This document shows positions 39,920-49,527 of a DNA stretch of 64,000 nt, piece after piece. Each line of letters opens with the position of its first letter. Position 1 is the first letter of the stretch. The notes beneath the pieces are model-generated. The model ran no database searches. It was given only the letters and a program-made list of their open reading frames with translations, and was not told the DNA's origin. The stretch covers positions 688,785 to 752,784 of the forward strand of contig JBHLNF010000001.1 in NCBI GenBank assembly GCA_048937405.1, read 5' to 3'. A program made the position numbers and the translations under genes. Origin of the DNA: Promethearchaeota archaeon (GTDB lineage Archaea; Asgardarchaeota; Lokiarchaeia; Sigyniarchaeales; SOKP01).

Positions 39920-39963
39920 TTCCGATGAATTAGTATAATATTTTATCATTTATTCATCGGAAT
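39919..39963 (+). promoter_or_regulatory. Stem-loop immediately after the His leader (candidate attenuator)
   Basis: Perfect 12-bp inverted repeat ATTCCGATGAAT (39919-39930) / ATTCATCGGAAT (39952-39963). Confidence 0.65.
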
Positions 39964-40000
39964 AAAATCGAACTAAATTATTTTAGTTTGGGGGATAATT

Positions 40001-40909
40001 ATGATAATATTAAAAATTAATATGAAGGATATGGAAACGGTTGGAGGCTTAAAAGAGTTTATAGATGGAGTATTTACAAAACGAAATTGGGATTTGTTTA
40101 TAACTCTTGTTCTTGAAGCTAATAAGGAAAGCCTTATTACACTGATAAAGGATGATATGCTTAAGATGGTTTCTAATAAGGTTAAAATATGGATAAATTC
40201 AGAAAATAATCAAAAAGAATTAATTAATTTAATAACAGAAAAGGGAATGACGATATACAATTCAGAATCTCATAAAAATGATGAGGTTTTAAGTTTGGAT
40301 TCAATAAAAGATTATTCATCAATAGATAATATTTTGTTTAAGATTTTAGATTTTGATAAAGCTAATGGACTGATACCAACAATTGTACAAGACCTTAATG
40401 ACAATGTACTAATGCTTGCATATTCATCAAAAGAGTCCTTGAAGGTTACAATCAAATATAGAAAATCAACTTATTTTAGCAGATCGAGGAATCGCCTATG
40501 GACTAAAGGTGAAGAATCAGGAAATTATCAAATTGTAAAGAGCATTCTTTACGATTGTGATGCGGATACTTTATTATTTAGGGTAAAACAGAAAGGTTTT
40601 GCTTGTCATAAAGGTACTTATTCTTGTTTTCAGGATCGGAAATTTTCTATAGGATATCTCTATGATTTAATAGTTGATAGAATCAAAAATTATAGTGTAA
40701 ATGAATCCTATAGTAAAAGACTTGCTGAGGATAATGAATTATTAATGTCTAAAATTGAGGAAGAGTGTAACGAAGTGATAAATTACACCGATAGGGATAA
40801 CTTAATTTGGGAAATTGCAGATATTGCATATTTTATTCTTGTATTAATGGCTACCAAAAAAATTAAACCTGAAGAAATAATAAATGAATTAAAGAGGAGG
40901 AACAAATGA
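40001..40909 (+). CDS. hisIE: Bifunctional phosphoribosyl-AMP cyclohydrolase / phosphoribosyl-ATP pyrophosphatase with N-terminal extension
   Basis: GLIPTIVQD, SRSRNRLWTKGEESGN, DCDAD, CHKGTYSCF; KIEEE and EIADI. Confidence 0.92.
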   Translation: MIILKINMKDMETVGGLKEFIDGVFTKRNWDLFITLVLEANKESLITLIKDDMLKMVSNKVKIWINSENNQKELINLITEKGMTIYNSESHKNDEVLSLDSIKDYSSIDNILFKILDFDKANGLIPTIVQDLNDNVLMLAYSSKESLKVTIKYRKSTYFSRSRNRLWTKGEESGNYQIVKSILYDCDADTLLFRVKQKGFACHKGTYSCFQDRKFSIGYLYDLIVDRIKNYSVNESYSKRLAEDNELLMSKIEEECNEVINYTDRDNLIWEIADIAYFILVLMATKKIKPEEIINELKRRNK

Positions 40910-41925
40910 AAGAAGATCAACAAAATTTATTTCCAAAATATAGATCTCGTCAAGTGAGATTAGCACTTCCTTCGAAAGGAAGAATGGAAGTTGAAACTCA
41001 AGAATTTTTAAGAAATTGCGGCTTTAATATACAAAGAAATAATAGACAATATATTGGAACAATAAAAGGACCTATAAATCTTCAATTGGTCTATCAACGA
41101 CAAGTAGATATTGTTAGGGGCATATTGAATGGGTCTTTAGAAATGGGTATTGTCGGTTATGATCTAGTACATGAATATTCATCTTTAGATGAACACGAGT
41201 TAATCATTATGCACAATGCATTAAACTTTGGAAAATGCAGCCTTGAAATAGCAATTCCTGAAGGATGGTCAGAAAAATCAATTGAAGAGATTAAACAGAA
41301 GAAGAAGTCAATTCGAGTTGCGACTAAATTTGCAAAACTCACAGATCAATTTCTCAAATCATTTGATATTAACTATGAGTTAATTCAGGGTAATGGTTCT
41401 CTTGAGGTGTATCCTGAATTAGGGTATAGTGATATTATAGTCGATCTTGTATCAACAGGTCAAACTTTAAAGGATAATCGATTAAAAAGGATTAAAGGTG
41501 GGCAAATAATGACTTCTGAGGCGGTACTTATTGGAAATCGAACAGCTTTAAAAAATGAGACTGTTTTAAAAGTTGCTCGTCAGGTGATTGAGTTTATTGA
41601 AGCTACTTTGAGAGCTCAAAATTTTGTTTCAATTTTTGTAAACATGAGAGGAGAAAGCCCAGAGGATATTGCTAATAATATTTTTTCTAAAGAGGGTCTT
41701 GAAGGGCTTCAAGGGCCTACAATCTCACCCGTCTTTACAAAAAGTAGAGAAAAAATGTATGCCAGTCATGTCATTGTTGAGAAAGAGAAATTACAACAAG
41801 CAATAAGAATTTTAAGAGAAATTGGGGGTAGTGGTGTGGTTGTTGCACCTACACTTTATATTTTTGAAGAAGAACCATTAAGGTATATTAAATTATTAAA
41901 AAATTTGGGGATTTATGATGATTAA
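40906..41925 (+). CDS. hisG: ATP phosphoribosyltransferase, long form
   Basis: LALPSKGR, GIVGYD, VATKF, GSLE, DLVSTGQTLKDN, C-terminal regulatory domain. Confidence 0.95.
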   Translation: MKEDQQNLFPKYRSRQVRLALPSKGRMEVETQEFLRNCGFNIQRNNRQYIGTIKGPINLQLVYQRQVDIVRGILNGSLEMGIVGYDLVHEYSSLDEHELIIMHNALNFGKCSLEIAIPEGWSEKSIEEIKQKKKSIRVATKFAKLTDQFLKSFDINYELIQGNGSLEVYPELGYSDIIVDLVSTGQTLKDNRLKRIKGGQIMTSEAVLIGNRTALKNETVLKVARQVIEFIEATLRAQNFVSIFVNMRGESPEDIANNIFSKEGLEGLQGPTISPVFTKSREKMYASHVIVEKEKLQQAIRILREIGGSGVVVAPTLYIFEEEPLRYIKLLKNLGIYDD

Positions 41926-43249
41926 AACTTATACAGTAGATGAGGCAAGAAAATCAATATTAAAAAGAGAACTTAGTTCTTCAAATGGAAATCTCAGAAG
42001 TGAAGGTGTTACTCCAGAGGAAAGTGTAAAGGCTATTGTAAAAGATGTAAAAGAAAGAAAAGATGCTGCACTTAAAGATTGGACATTAAGGTTTGATAAA
42101 GTAGAAATTGATCAATTTGAATTATTAGATGTTGATTTTGAAAAATATCTGAGCTCTATCAATCCTAAGTTAAGAGAAGCTTTAGAAATAGCATGCGACA
42201 GAATTTATAATTTTCATGAATCTCAACCTATCATCTCTTGGATGAATCACAAACTTGGAGGTCAAATAGGTCAAATAATAAAACCTATTGAAACAATAGG
42301 GATATATATTCCGGGAGGAATAGCTCCTCTGTTTTCCTCAATTTTAATGGCAGCCATACCAGCCATTGTAGCAGGTGTTAAAAATATTATATTCAGTTCT
42401 CCTCCCAATAAGCAAGGTAATTTACCAAACATTATCCTCGCAACTTTTGGGTTAATCAAGAAGTATGATATTAATATGAGAATTTTTAGAATAGGTGGAG
42501 CTCAAGCTATTGCAGCTATGGCATTTGGAACGGAACAAGTTCCCAGAGTAGATAAAATCGTAGGACCTGGAAATATCTATGTAAATTTAGCAAAGAAAGA
42601 AGTTTATGGAATAGTAGGAATTGATGGGATATATGGACCTACTGAAGCATTGGTAATTGCTGATGAAACAGCAAATCCCTCATTAGTTGCTTCAGATCTA
42701 TTAGCACAGGCAGAACATGATATTTTAGCCATTCCAATCTTAGTTACTTCTTCTGAAAATCTAATTTCATCTGTGAAAAAAGAGTTGGAAAGGCAAATTA
42801 TAACTCTGAAAGGAAAAGCTATTATTAAAGAATCTATTCAAAGCAATGGTGGTATTATTTTAACAAATTCAATAGAACAATCGATATTAATTTCAAATGA
42901 ATTTGCACCCGAACATTTATCTCTTATGATTAAAGAGCCTATGAAAGTTTTAGACAAAATAGAAAATGCAGGAGGAATTTTTATTGGAGAAAATTCCTTT
43001 GAAGTTTTAGGTGACTATATTGCAGGACCTAGTCATGTGATGCCGACAAATGGCACAGCTCGTTTTTCATCTGCTTTATCAGTTTATGATTTTATTAAAA
43101 GGATTAGTTATGTTTATTTAAATGAAGAAACATCTTTTAACTTATCTAAACATGCTGAAATAATAGCAAATTCTGAAAATTTAACAGGACATGCAAAAGC
43201 AGCGGCTTTAAGAACAACTCTAAATAAAAATACAAAGGAGGGGAGTTAA
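41915..43249 (+). CDS. hisD: Histidinol dehydrogenase
   Basis: YIPGG, GGAQAIAAMAFGT, GPGN, GPTE, QAEHD, APEHL, GPSHVMPT. Confidence 0.96.
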   Translation: MMIKTYTVDEARKSILKRELSSSNGNLRSEGVTPEESVKAIVKDVKERKDAALKDWTLRFDKVEIDQFELLDVDFEKYLSSINPKLREALEIACDRIYNFHESQPIISWMNHKLGGQIGQIIKPIETIGIYIPGGIAPLFSSILMAAIPAIVAGVKNIIFSSPPNKQGNLPNIILATFGLIKKYDINMRIFRIGGAQAIAAMAFGTEQVPRVDKIVGPGNIYVNLAKKEVYGIVGIDGIYGPTEALVIADETANPSLVASDLLAQAEHDILAIPILVTSSENLISSVKKELERQIITLKGKAIIKESIQSNGGIILTNSIEQSILISNEFAPEHLSLMIKEPMKVLDKIENAGGIFIGENSFEVLGDYIAGPSHVMPTNGTARFSSALSVYDFIKRISYVYLNEETSFNLSKHAEIIANSENLTGHAKAAALRTTLNKNTKEGS

Positions 43250-44383
43250 TTGGATAAAAAAAATTATATTATTAAACCATCGAAAATCATTCGGAAGTTC
43301 TTAGATTCACAGAATTATGATTCACTTTCATATTTAGATAAATCAAGTCAGGAAAATGAGATGATTTTTTTAGATAAAAATGAAAGTCCTTTTGTACCGC
43401 CTTTAGGGGATTTAGTTAATTTAAAGTCATTAAATATCTTAAAAAATTATCCAGATTTGAATGCTAATACATTTTTGGATAAACTATCAAAGGATCTTAA
43501 AATTCCTATTTCATATTTTTTAGCAGGAACAGGCTCTAATGAAATAATAGGTCTGATCATTAAGATCTATGCCACTCCTAAAACTAAAATTTTAAGCATT
43601 AATCCAACCTTTTCAATGTATCAATTCTTTGCTAATATAAATGGTGCAAAATATGAATCGTTTCCCTTAAGATTATTAATAAATAAAGCAACGGGAATTG
43701 CGGAATATGATTTAGATCAATCTGGTTTTATGAAAAGGGCTAAATCATCAAATATTATAATCTTAGCGCGACCAAATAATCCAGATGGGATTATAATCTC
43801 TCTTGATTTTATTAAACAACTTCTAAAATTGAAAAAGTTAGTAATTATTGATGAAGCTTATATTGATTTCAGTGATGGTCCGAGTTTAATAGATTTCATC
43901 AAGTCTTATGATAATTTAATTATTTCTCGGTCATTTAGTAAGTCTTACTCTCTTGCAGGATTAAGATTAGGGTATACAATATCAGATCCTTCTATTAATG
44001 AGATATTAATTCGTATAAAAAGCCCCTTCAATGTGAATAATCTAGCTTTGCAGTATGGTTTATTATTACTAGATAAGAAGGATGAGATTTCAGCAAATAT
44101 TAATAAAATTAAATCAATTCGACAAGAATTTTTTAAGGATCTTCTTAGTTTAAGAGAAAAAAATAAAACTTTTTATATACATCCTAGTCAAACGAATTTT
44201 ATTTTATTAAGATTTGAATCTTCTAAAATATCAGATTCAGTTTATCAATACTTATTAAAAAATAAAATTAAAGTAAGAAATTATGGAGAAGAACTTTCAA
44301 ATTGTTTAAGATTTTCAATAGGTACAAGATTACAAATGAAAAAGGTAATAGAAATATTGAAATCATATTTTGAGGAGAATTAA
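43250..44383 (+). CDS. hisC: Histidinol-phosphate aminotransferase
   Basis: NESP, GSNE, PNNP, DEAY, RSFSKSYSLAGLRLG. Confidence 0.92.
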   Translation: MDKKNYIIKPSKIIRKFLDSQNYDSLSYLDKSSQENEMIFLDKNESPFVPPLGDLVNLKSLNILKNYPDLNANTFLDKLSKDLKIPISYFLAGTGSNEIIGLIIKIYATPKTKILSINPTFSMYQFFANINGAKYESFPLRLLINKATGIAEYDLDQSGFMKRAKSSNIIILARPNNPDGIIISLDFIKQLLKLKKLVIIDEAYIDFSDGPSLIDFIKSYDNLIISRSFSKSYSLAGLRLGYTISDPSINEILIRIKSPFNVNNLALQYGLLLLDKKDEISANINKIKSIRQEFFKDLLSLREKNKTFYIHPSQTNFILLRFESSKISDSVYQYLLKNKIKVRNYGEELSNCLRFSIGTRLQMKKVIEILKSYFEEN

Positions 44384-44384
44384 T

Positions 44385-44990
44385 ATGGAAAGAAAAGCAA
44401 AATTAGAAAGAAAAACAAAAGAGACCAGTATTGAAATCGAAATGAATATTGATGGAAGTGGAGATACTAAGATTAATACCTCCATTGGTTTTTTTGATCA
44501 TCTTCTTACCCAGATTGCTGTTCATGGATCATTTGATATGAAAATTCTTGCAGAGGGTGATCTTAATGTTGATAATCATCATTTAATTGAGGATACTTCT
44601 ATTGTTTTAGGTAAAGTTTTCAACAAGGCTTTGGGAAATAAAATTGGCATTACACGAGTTGGACATTGCTTTTTTCCCATGGATGAGAGCCTTGCGTTTG
44701 TTGCTATAGATATTTCTTCAAGACCATTTTTTAAAAAAGAAATTAATTGGACAAATCCATTTTTAGGATCTAAGGAGGATAATTTAATCCCAGTCGATTT
44801 AATAGAGCATTTTTTATATACATTTTCAATTAATGCCCAAATAACACTTCATGTTAGAGTCCTCTATGGTCAAAATAACCATCATATTGCTGAAGCGATA
44901 TTTAAAGCTCTGGGCAAAGCATTGGATTATAGCTCTAGAATTGATTCAAAGGGGAATCGAAAACTTCCTTCAAGTAAAGGAATATTATAA
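44385..44990 (+). CDS. hisB: Imidazoleglycerol-phosphate dehydratase
   Basis: RKTKET, FFDHLL, DNHHLIED, PMDE, NNHHIAEAIFK, PSSKG; start moved to ATG 44385 after GAGGAG. Confidence 0.95.
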   Translation: MERKAKLERKTKETSIEIEMNIDGSGDTKINTSIGFFDHLLTQIAVHGSFDMKILAEGDLNVDNHHLIEDTSIVLGKVFNKALGNKIGITRVGHCFFPMDESLAFVAIDISSRPFFKKEINWTNPFLGSKEDNLIPVDLIEHFLYTFSINAQITLHVRVLYGQNNHHIAEAIFKALGKALDYSSRIDSKGNRKLPSSKGIL

Positions 44991-45003
44991 GTTGGTTTTT
45001 AAC

Positions 45004-45597
45004 ATGATTACTATAATAGATTATGGAAGTGGCAATCTTCGGTCGATTCAAAAAAGTGTCCAAAGATTTTATCCGAAGGTAATTATTTCAAGAGATCTTG
45101 CTTTAATAGAGAAATCTAAAGGTTTAATTCTTCCTGGAGTAGGCGCATTTGGTGATGCTGTTAAAGAACTCGAACAATATGGGTTATTCTACCCATTAAA
45201 AGATATTATTGAAACAGTTCCAACAATGGGAATTTGCTTAGGCATGCAGCTATTATTTTCAAATTCTGAAGAATCTCCAGATGTTAACGGATTAGATATC
45301 ATCCCCGGAAAGGTGACTAAATTAGACTCATATCAATCAATCAGAATCCCTCATACTGGATGGAATAGACTAATTCCATCATCGAAACCATATTTTTATG
45401 GCTATGTATACTTTAATCATTCATATTATTGTGACCCTGATGATAAAAATTATATAATCTCTTATGTAAATCATGGGATTTCAATTCCAGTTATAATCTT
45501 AAAGGATCACATAATTGCTGCTCAATTTCATCCTGAGAAAAGTCAAAATGCTGGTGATAGAATTATCAATTATTTCATTTCCTTAATAAAGAGGTGA
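45004..45597 (+). CDS. hisH: IGP synthase glutamine amidotransferase subunit
   Basis: IIDYGSGN, LPGVG, GICLGMQ, PHTGWN, HSY, QFHPEKS; start moved to ATG 45004. Confidence 0.95.
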   Translation: MITIIDYGSGNLRSIQKSVQRFYPKVIISRDLALIEKSKGLILPGVGAFGDAVKELEQYGLFYPLKDIIETVPTMGICLGMQLLFSNSEESPDVNGLDIIPGKVTKLDSYQSIRIPHTGWNRLIPSSKPYFYGYVYFNHSYYCDPDDKNYIISYVNHGISIPVIILKDHIIAAQFHPEKSQNAGDRIINYFISLIKR

Positions 45598-45604
45598 CTA
45601 TATT

Positions 45605-47107
45605 ATGAAAAAAATAATACCAGCTATGGATCTTTTAGATGGTAACGTGGTTAGGTTATATAAAGGGGATTTTGATAGAATTGATAATTATTATAAAAGA
45701 CCTGTTGAACTTCTTAAGCAATTTTTTAATCAAGGGATTGAGCAAATACACGTTATAAATCTAAATGGAGCAAAATCAGGTGAATTTGAGAATGGACCTA
45801 ATTATGATGTTATTCGATCTTTAATTCAAGAAAGTAAAAAATGGGGTTCTAAAATTCAATTAGGAGGGGGTATTAGAACAGAAAGAACTATTAGAGAATT
45901 ACTTGATCTAGGACTTTATAAGGTTATTATAGGTACTATTACTATTGAAAATCCAACTCTTTTTAGACATTTAATGAAAAAATACAAAGATGATATAATA
46001 GTTGCACTGGATGTTCTTAATGGTAATTTGAGAATAAAGGGTTGGCTCGAAGATTCTAATATCAATTTAGAATCTCATTTTAAAACTTTGGAAGAACAAG
46101 GAGTTTCAAACTTTATAATAACTGATGTTTCACGAGACGGAACGTTAGGAGGTCCTAATTTTCAGATCTACAAGAAAATCTCAAATCTCAGATATCCTGA
46201 CACTAGAATAATCGCTTCTGGAGGTATAAGTAATTTAAATGATATTAACCAAGTTCTAAATTATGCAGATGGTGTAATTATCGGAAAAGCTTATTATAGC
46301 AATAAAATAAGCAATAAAAATCTAAGAGATTTAACAAAGAAGTATGACCCCACTAATTTAGCAAAAAGAATAGTGCCATGCCTTGATATTAAAGATGGAA
46401 GAGTAGTAAAGGGTGTTCAATATATCAACTTACGAGATAGTGGAGATCCTGTAGAACTATCTAGATTCTATAATACAGAAGGCGCGGATGAATTAGTATT
46501 CCTAGACATTTCTGCAACTTTAGAAAAACGATCAATATTGTTTCAAACTTTAAGAAAAGTTTCTGAACAGGTATATATTCCTTTTACAGTAGGAGGTGGT
46601 ATTAGAAATTTGAATGATATAACAAATATCATTAATGCAGGGGCAGAAAAAGTAAGTATTAACACTGCTGCTGTAGATAATCCCAAAGTTATCACTGAAG
46701 GTGCTCAAAAGTTTGGAAGTCAGTCTATTGTGTGTGCAATTGATGTAAAAAAAAAAGGAGATGCTTGGGAAGTATATATAAAGGCGGGTACTGAATCAAC
46801 AGGATTAGATGCAATAGAATGGGCAAAAGAAGTTGTTGAAAGGGGAGCAGGGGAACTACTTGTTACTAGTATGGATCGAGATGGTACTCAAATAGGCTAC
46901 GACTTTAAATTAATTCAAAGTCTCACTAATGTGATATCTGTACCATTAATTGCTTCAGGTGGAGCAGGTAATTATGAACATTTTTATCAAGCTATTAAAG
47001 CTGGGGCAGAGGCGGTCTTAGCAGCATCTTTATTCCATACAAAGACAATAAAAATTAAGGATTTAAAATCTTATCTTCATAAGAGAGATATAAAAGTTAG
47101 ATTTTAG
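45605..47107 (+). CDS. hisA-hisF: HisA-HisF fusion (ProFAR isomerase + IGP synthase cyclase)
   Basis: N-half [30 protein letters not shown]; C-half [36 protein letters not shown], in one uninterrupted frame. Confidence 0.9.
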   Translation: MKKIIPAMDLLDGNVVRLYKGDFDRIDNYYKRPVELLKQFFNQGIEQIHVINLNGAKSGEFENGPNYDVIRSLIQESKKWGSKIQLGGGIRTERTIRELLDLGLYKVIIGTITIENPTLFRHLMKKYKDDIIVALDVLNGNLRIKGWLEDSNINLESHFKTLEEQGVSNFIITDVSRDGTLGGPNFQIYKKISNLRYPDTRIIASGGISNLNDINQVLNYADGVIIGKAYYSNKISNKNLRDLTKKYDPTNLAKRIVPCLDIKDGRVVKGVQYINLRDSGDPVELSRFYNTEGADELVFLDISATLEKRSILFQTLRKVSEQVYIPFTVGGGIRNLNDITNIINAGAEKVSINTAAVDNPKVITEGAQKFGSQSIVCAIDVKKKGDAWEVYIKAGTESTGLDAIEWAKEVVERGAGELLVTSMDRDGTQIGYDFKLIQSLTNVISVPLIASGGAGNYEHFYQAIKAGAEAVLAASLFHTKTIKIKDLKSYLHKRDIKVRF

Positions 47108-47289
47108 TAAATCTCATACATAGCAGAGTTTTAAATAAATTCTAACTGAAATATAATTTTCTAGTTTTATTTAATAAAAAATCCTAAATTCTAACATTAT
47201 CTCGTATTAGACAAAAAAAATAAAAAAAGAAATTCTTTTTTATATATCTAACATATAGTTGCTATTATATGAGTTTAACTTTAAATAAA

Positions 47290-47943
47290 TTAAAACTTAT
47301 AACCACATTTCTTACATACGTTCACTTTTGCATAGAGAGGACTGTGACCAACGTAACTTAGAACCTTACTTTTATCTTCTTCAACTTTTAGATCCTTTCC
47401 TCTCGCACCACAACTTGGACAAACCAATCGTTCTTCACTTGAATAATCAACTGGTGGTACTGGCTGTAGAACAGATAATTCGGTTTCTACTTTTTCTAAT
47501 CTACTTTTTTGTTCATTAAGTGCATTTTCTTTTTCTGTTAAAGTATCTGTTAATTCCTTAATCTTGGATTCCTTTTCAGCAAGACTTTTATTTAACTCTT
47601 CATTGTTTTTGGTTAATTCTGCAACTTTAGGTTTGGATTCATCCATTTCAGTTTTTAATTTATTGATTTCTTCATCTTTTAAAGTAATTGTTTTCTTTAA
47701 ATCATATACTTCACTATTTAATTGTTCTAGGTTTGCTGATTTACTTTCTAAATCTGTAAGTTTTCCTCGAAATTCCTCTAATTCAGAATTCAAATTCTCT
47801 TTTGCTTTTGCTAAGTTTGCATATTCTTCATCTTTTTTTTCCAATATCTCTTTTAATTCTCTGATCTCTTTTTCATATGAATCTACCTTATTTTGTAAAG
47901 CCTTTACAACTTTATCATCTAGATTCGCTGTGAGATCTTCCAT
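47290..47943 (-). CDS. Coiled-coil protein with C-terminal zinc ribbon
   Basis: Long heptad E/K/L region; CPSCG...CKKCG. Confidence 0.75.
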   Translation of the reverse strand: MEDLTANLDDKVVKALQNKVDSYEKEIRELKEILEKKDEEYANLAKAKENLNSELEEFRGKLTDLESKSANLEQLNSEVYDLKKTITLKDEEINKLKTEMDESKPKVAELTKNNEELNKSLAEKESKIKELTDTLTEKENALNEQKSRLEKVETELSVLQPVPPVDYSSEERLVCPSCGARGKDLKVEEDKSKVLSYVGHSPLYAKVNVCKKCGYKF

Positions 47944-48302
47944 ATCATCTTGAGAAATAAATATTACACCTCTTTCCTTTCTCGTATTATTAAATTAATT
48001 AAATATAAATTCAGAAGTTAGTTAGTTTAAATTCTTTGACAATATATAACGAATTTTTACATCTACTTTATAATAGAAATTATATTTAAGCTTTTTTTTT
48101 ACGAACTTTTTTAACCTAAAAATAGGTGTCCAAAAATAAAGAACAAAATTTTAATAAATATTACATATTGAGAATTGTAAATAGAACTATTGAAAGAAGT
48201 TTGATTCCAATAGAGGCAAAAACTTTAAAGACTCAAAAAAAAAAAATAAAATTATATAATTAAATAGAGATTCGATTATAAACATAAAAAATATTTATAA
48301 TT

Positions 48303-49409
48303 ATGCTAGACGACTTATTTATAATTACCGACACAGGACAATTAATCTTTAGTTGGCACTGGGAGGAAAGTGATAGTGTTAAAGATGATGATCTTATTAG
48401 CGGTTTTCTTACCGCTCTAGATAGTTTTGCTAGTATAGAAAGAGGAGAAGATATAAAATCCTTACAATTAAAAGAAACTCATATAATTTTTGAGAAAAGT
48501 TCTAATCAAGTTCAGAAACTTACCTTTGTTGTCACTACTAAGAATGAAGAATTGATAGAATTATTACACTCAATTGTTCATGATATTATGGATACTTTTA
48601 CTACGACTTTTAAAGAACACCTGAATAGAGAATTTGATGGTGAAATTTCTAAATATAAAATATTTCATGATATCTTAAAAAATATTATTCATTCAAGGGG
48701 ACTAGATACTTTAAACGATTCTGTTAGGCAAATTAATGATGGAGGTGCACTTAAATCGATTGTATTCCTTGAACCAAAAGGAGGAAATATTTTTTTTATT
48801 CATGCAAGGCAATTTGTAAATAAAGATAAATTGAGTTTTCTTATCCCTTTAATTGTCAATTCTGCCCAATTATTATACAAAAATAATCTTGGAGAGAATG
48901 TACATTGGATATTATTAACGACTATTAGAAATGAAAATATCCTTGTAGAAATCAGAAGCAAAATTATTATAGTAAAACAATACCAATTGCCAGAAAACAT
49001 TGAAAAAGATTTCTTAGAATTAGAATTTTTTAAAAGTAAAGAAAAGTATGTTAAGAAACCAAAGAAAGTTATCGAAAAATTTGAAAATTTAATATGGGAT
49101 CCCAGAATTAAACAAATCTTTCTTGTTGATTTAGTTGGTAAAATTCTTTACTCTAAAATAATTGATGATAAATATGATTGTACGGAATATATTCCAGAAA
49201 CAATTAGTGTGCTTACTTCCTCAAAAAAAATAAGTGAAGAGACATATAATCGGATTTTATTCAATACATCTCTCGGTGGAGAGAATATAACTACTATCTG
49301 TATGAATTTTAATAATATAGCTTTAACTATGATAGGTAACATTAGAGATATAAATACATTTCAAACAATACAAGATATCTGCTATAAAATATTTCTTCAA
49401 GTTAAGTAG
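48303..49409 (+). CDS. Multi-longin/roadblock-like protein
   Basis: N-terminal LFIITDTGQLIF...DDLISGFLTALDSFA...FDGEI; two further units starting LKSIVFLEPKGGNIF and IKQIFLVDLVGKILYS. Confidence 0.65.
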   Translation: MLDDLFIITDTGQLIFSWHWEESDSVKDDDLISGFLTALDSFASIERGEDIKSLQLKETHIIFEKSSNQVQKLTFVVTTKNEELIELLHSIVHDIMDTFTTTFKEHLNREFDGEISKYKIFHDILKNIIHSRGLDTLNDSVRQINDGGALKSIVFLEPKGGNIFFIHARQFVNKDKLSFLIPLIVNSAQLLYKNNLGENVHWILLTTIRNENILVEIRSKIIIVKQYQLPENIEKDFLELEFFKSKEKYVKKPKKVIEKFENLIWDPRIKQIFLVDLVGKILYSKIIDDKYDCTEYIPETISVLTSSKKISEETYNRILFNTSLGGENITTICMNFNNIALTMIGNIRDINTFQTIQDICYKIFLQVK

Positions 49410-49527
49410 TTTAACTTTACAATTTAAGCATTAGTTTTAAATACAATAATATTATAAAGGAAATTATTCTAAAATCTTAATTCACAAATCAAAAATAATA
49501 ATCTCAAAAAATTAAGGGGATCTTAAG

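Noticed and set aside
44851-45003. N-terminal extensions of hisH, and likewise argD (56205-56324) and argB (57109-57159), in the ORF track
   Set aside because: They overlap upstream genes; homology and SD positions favour the downstream ATGs.
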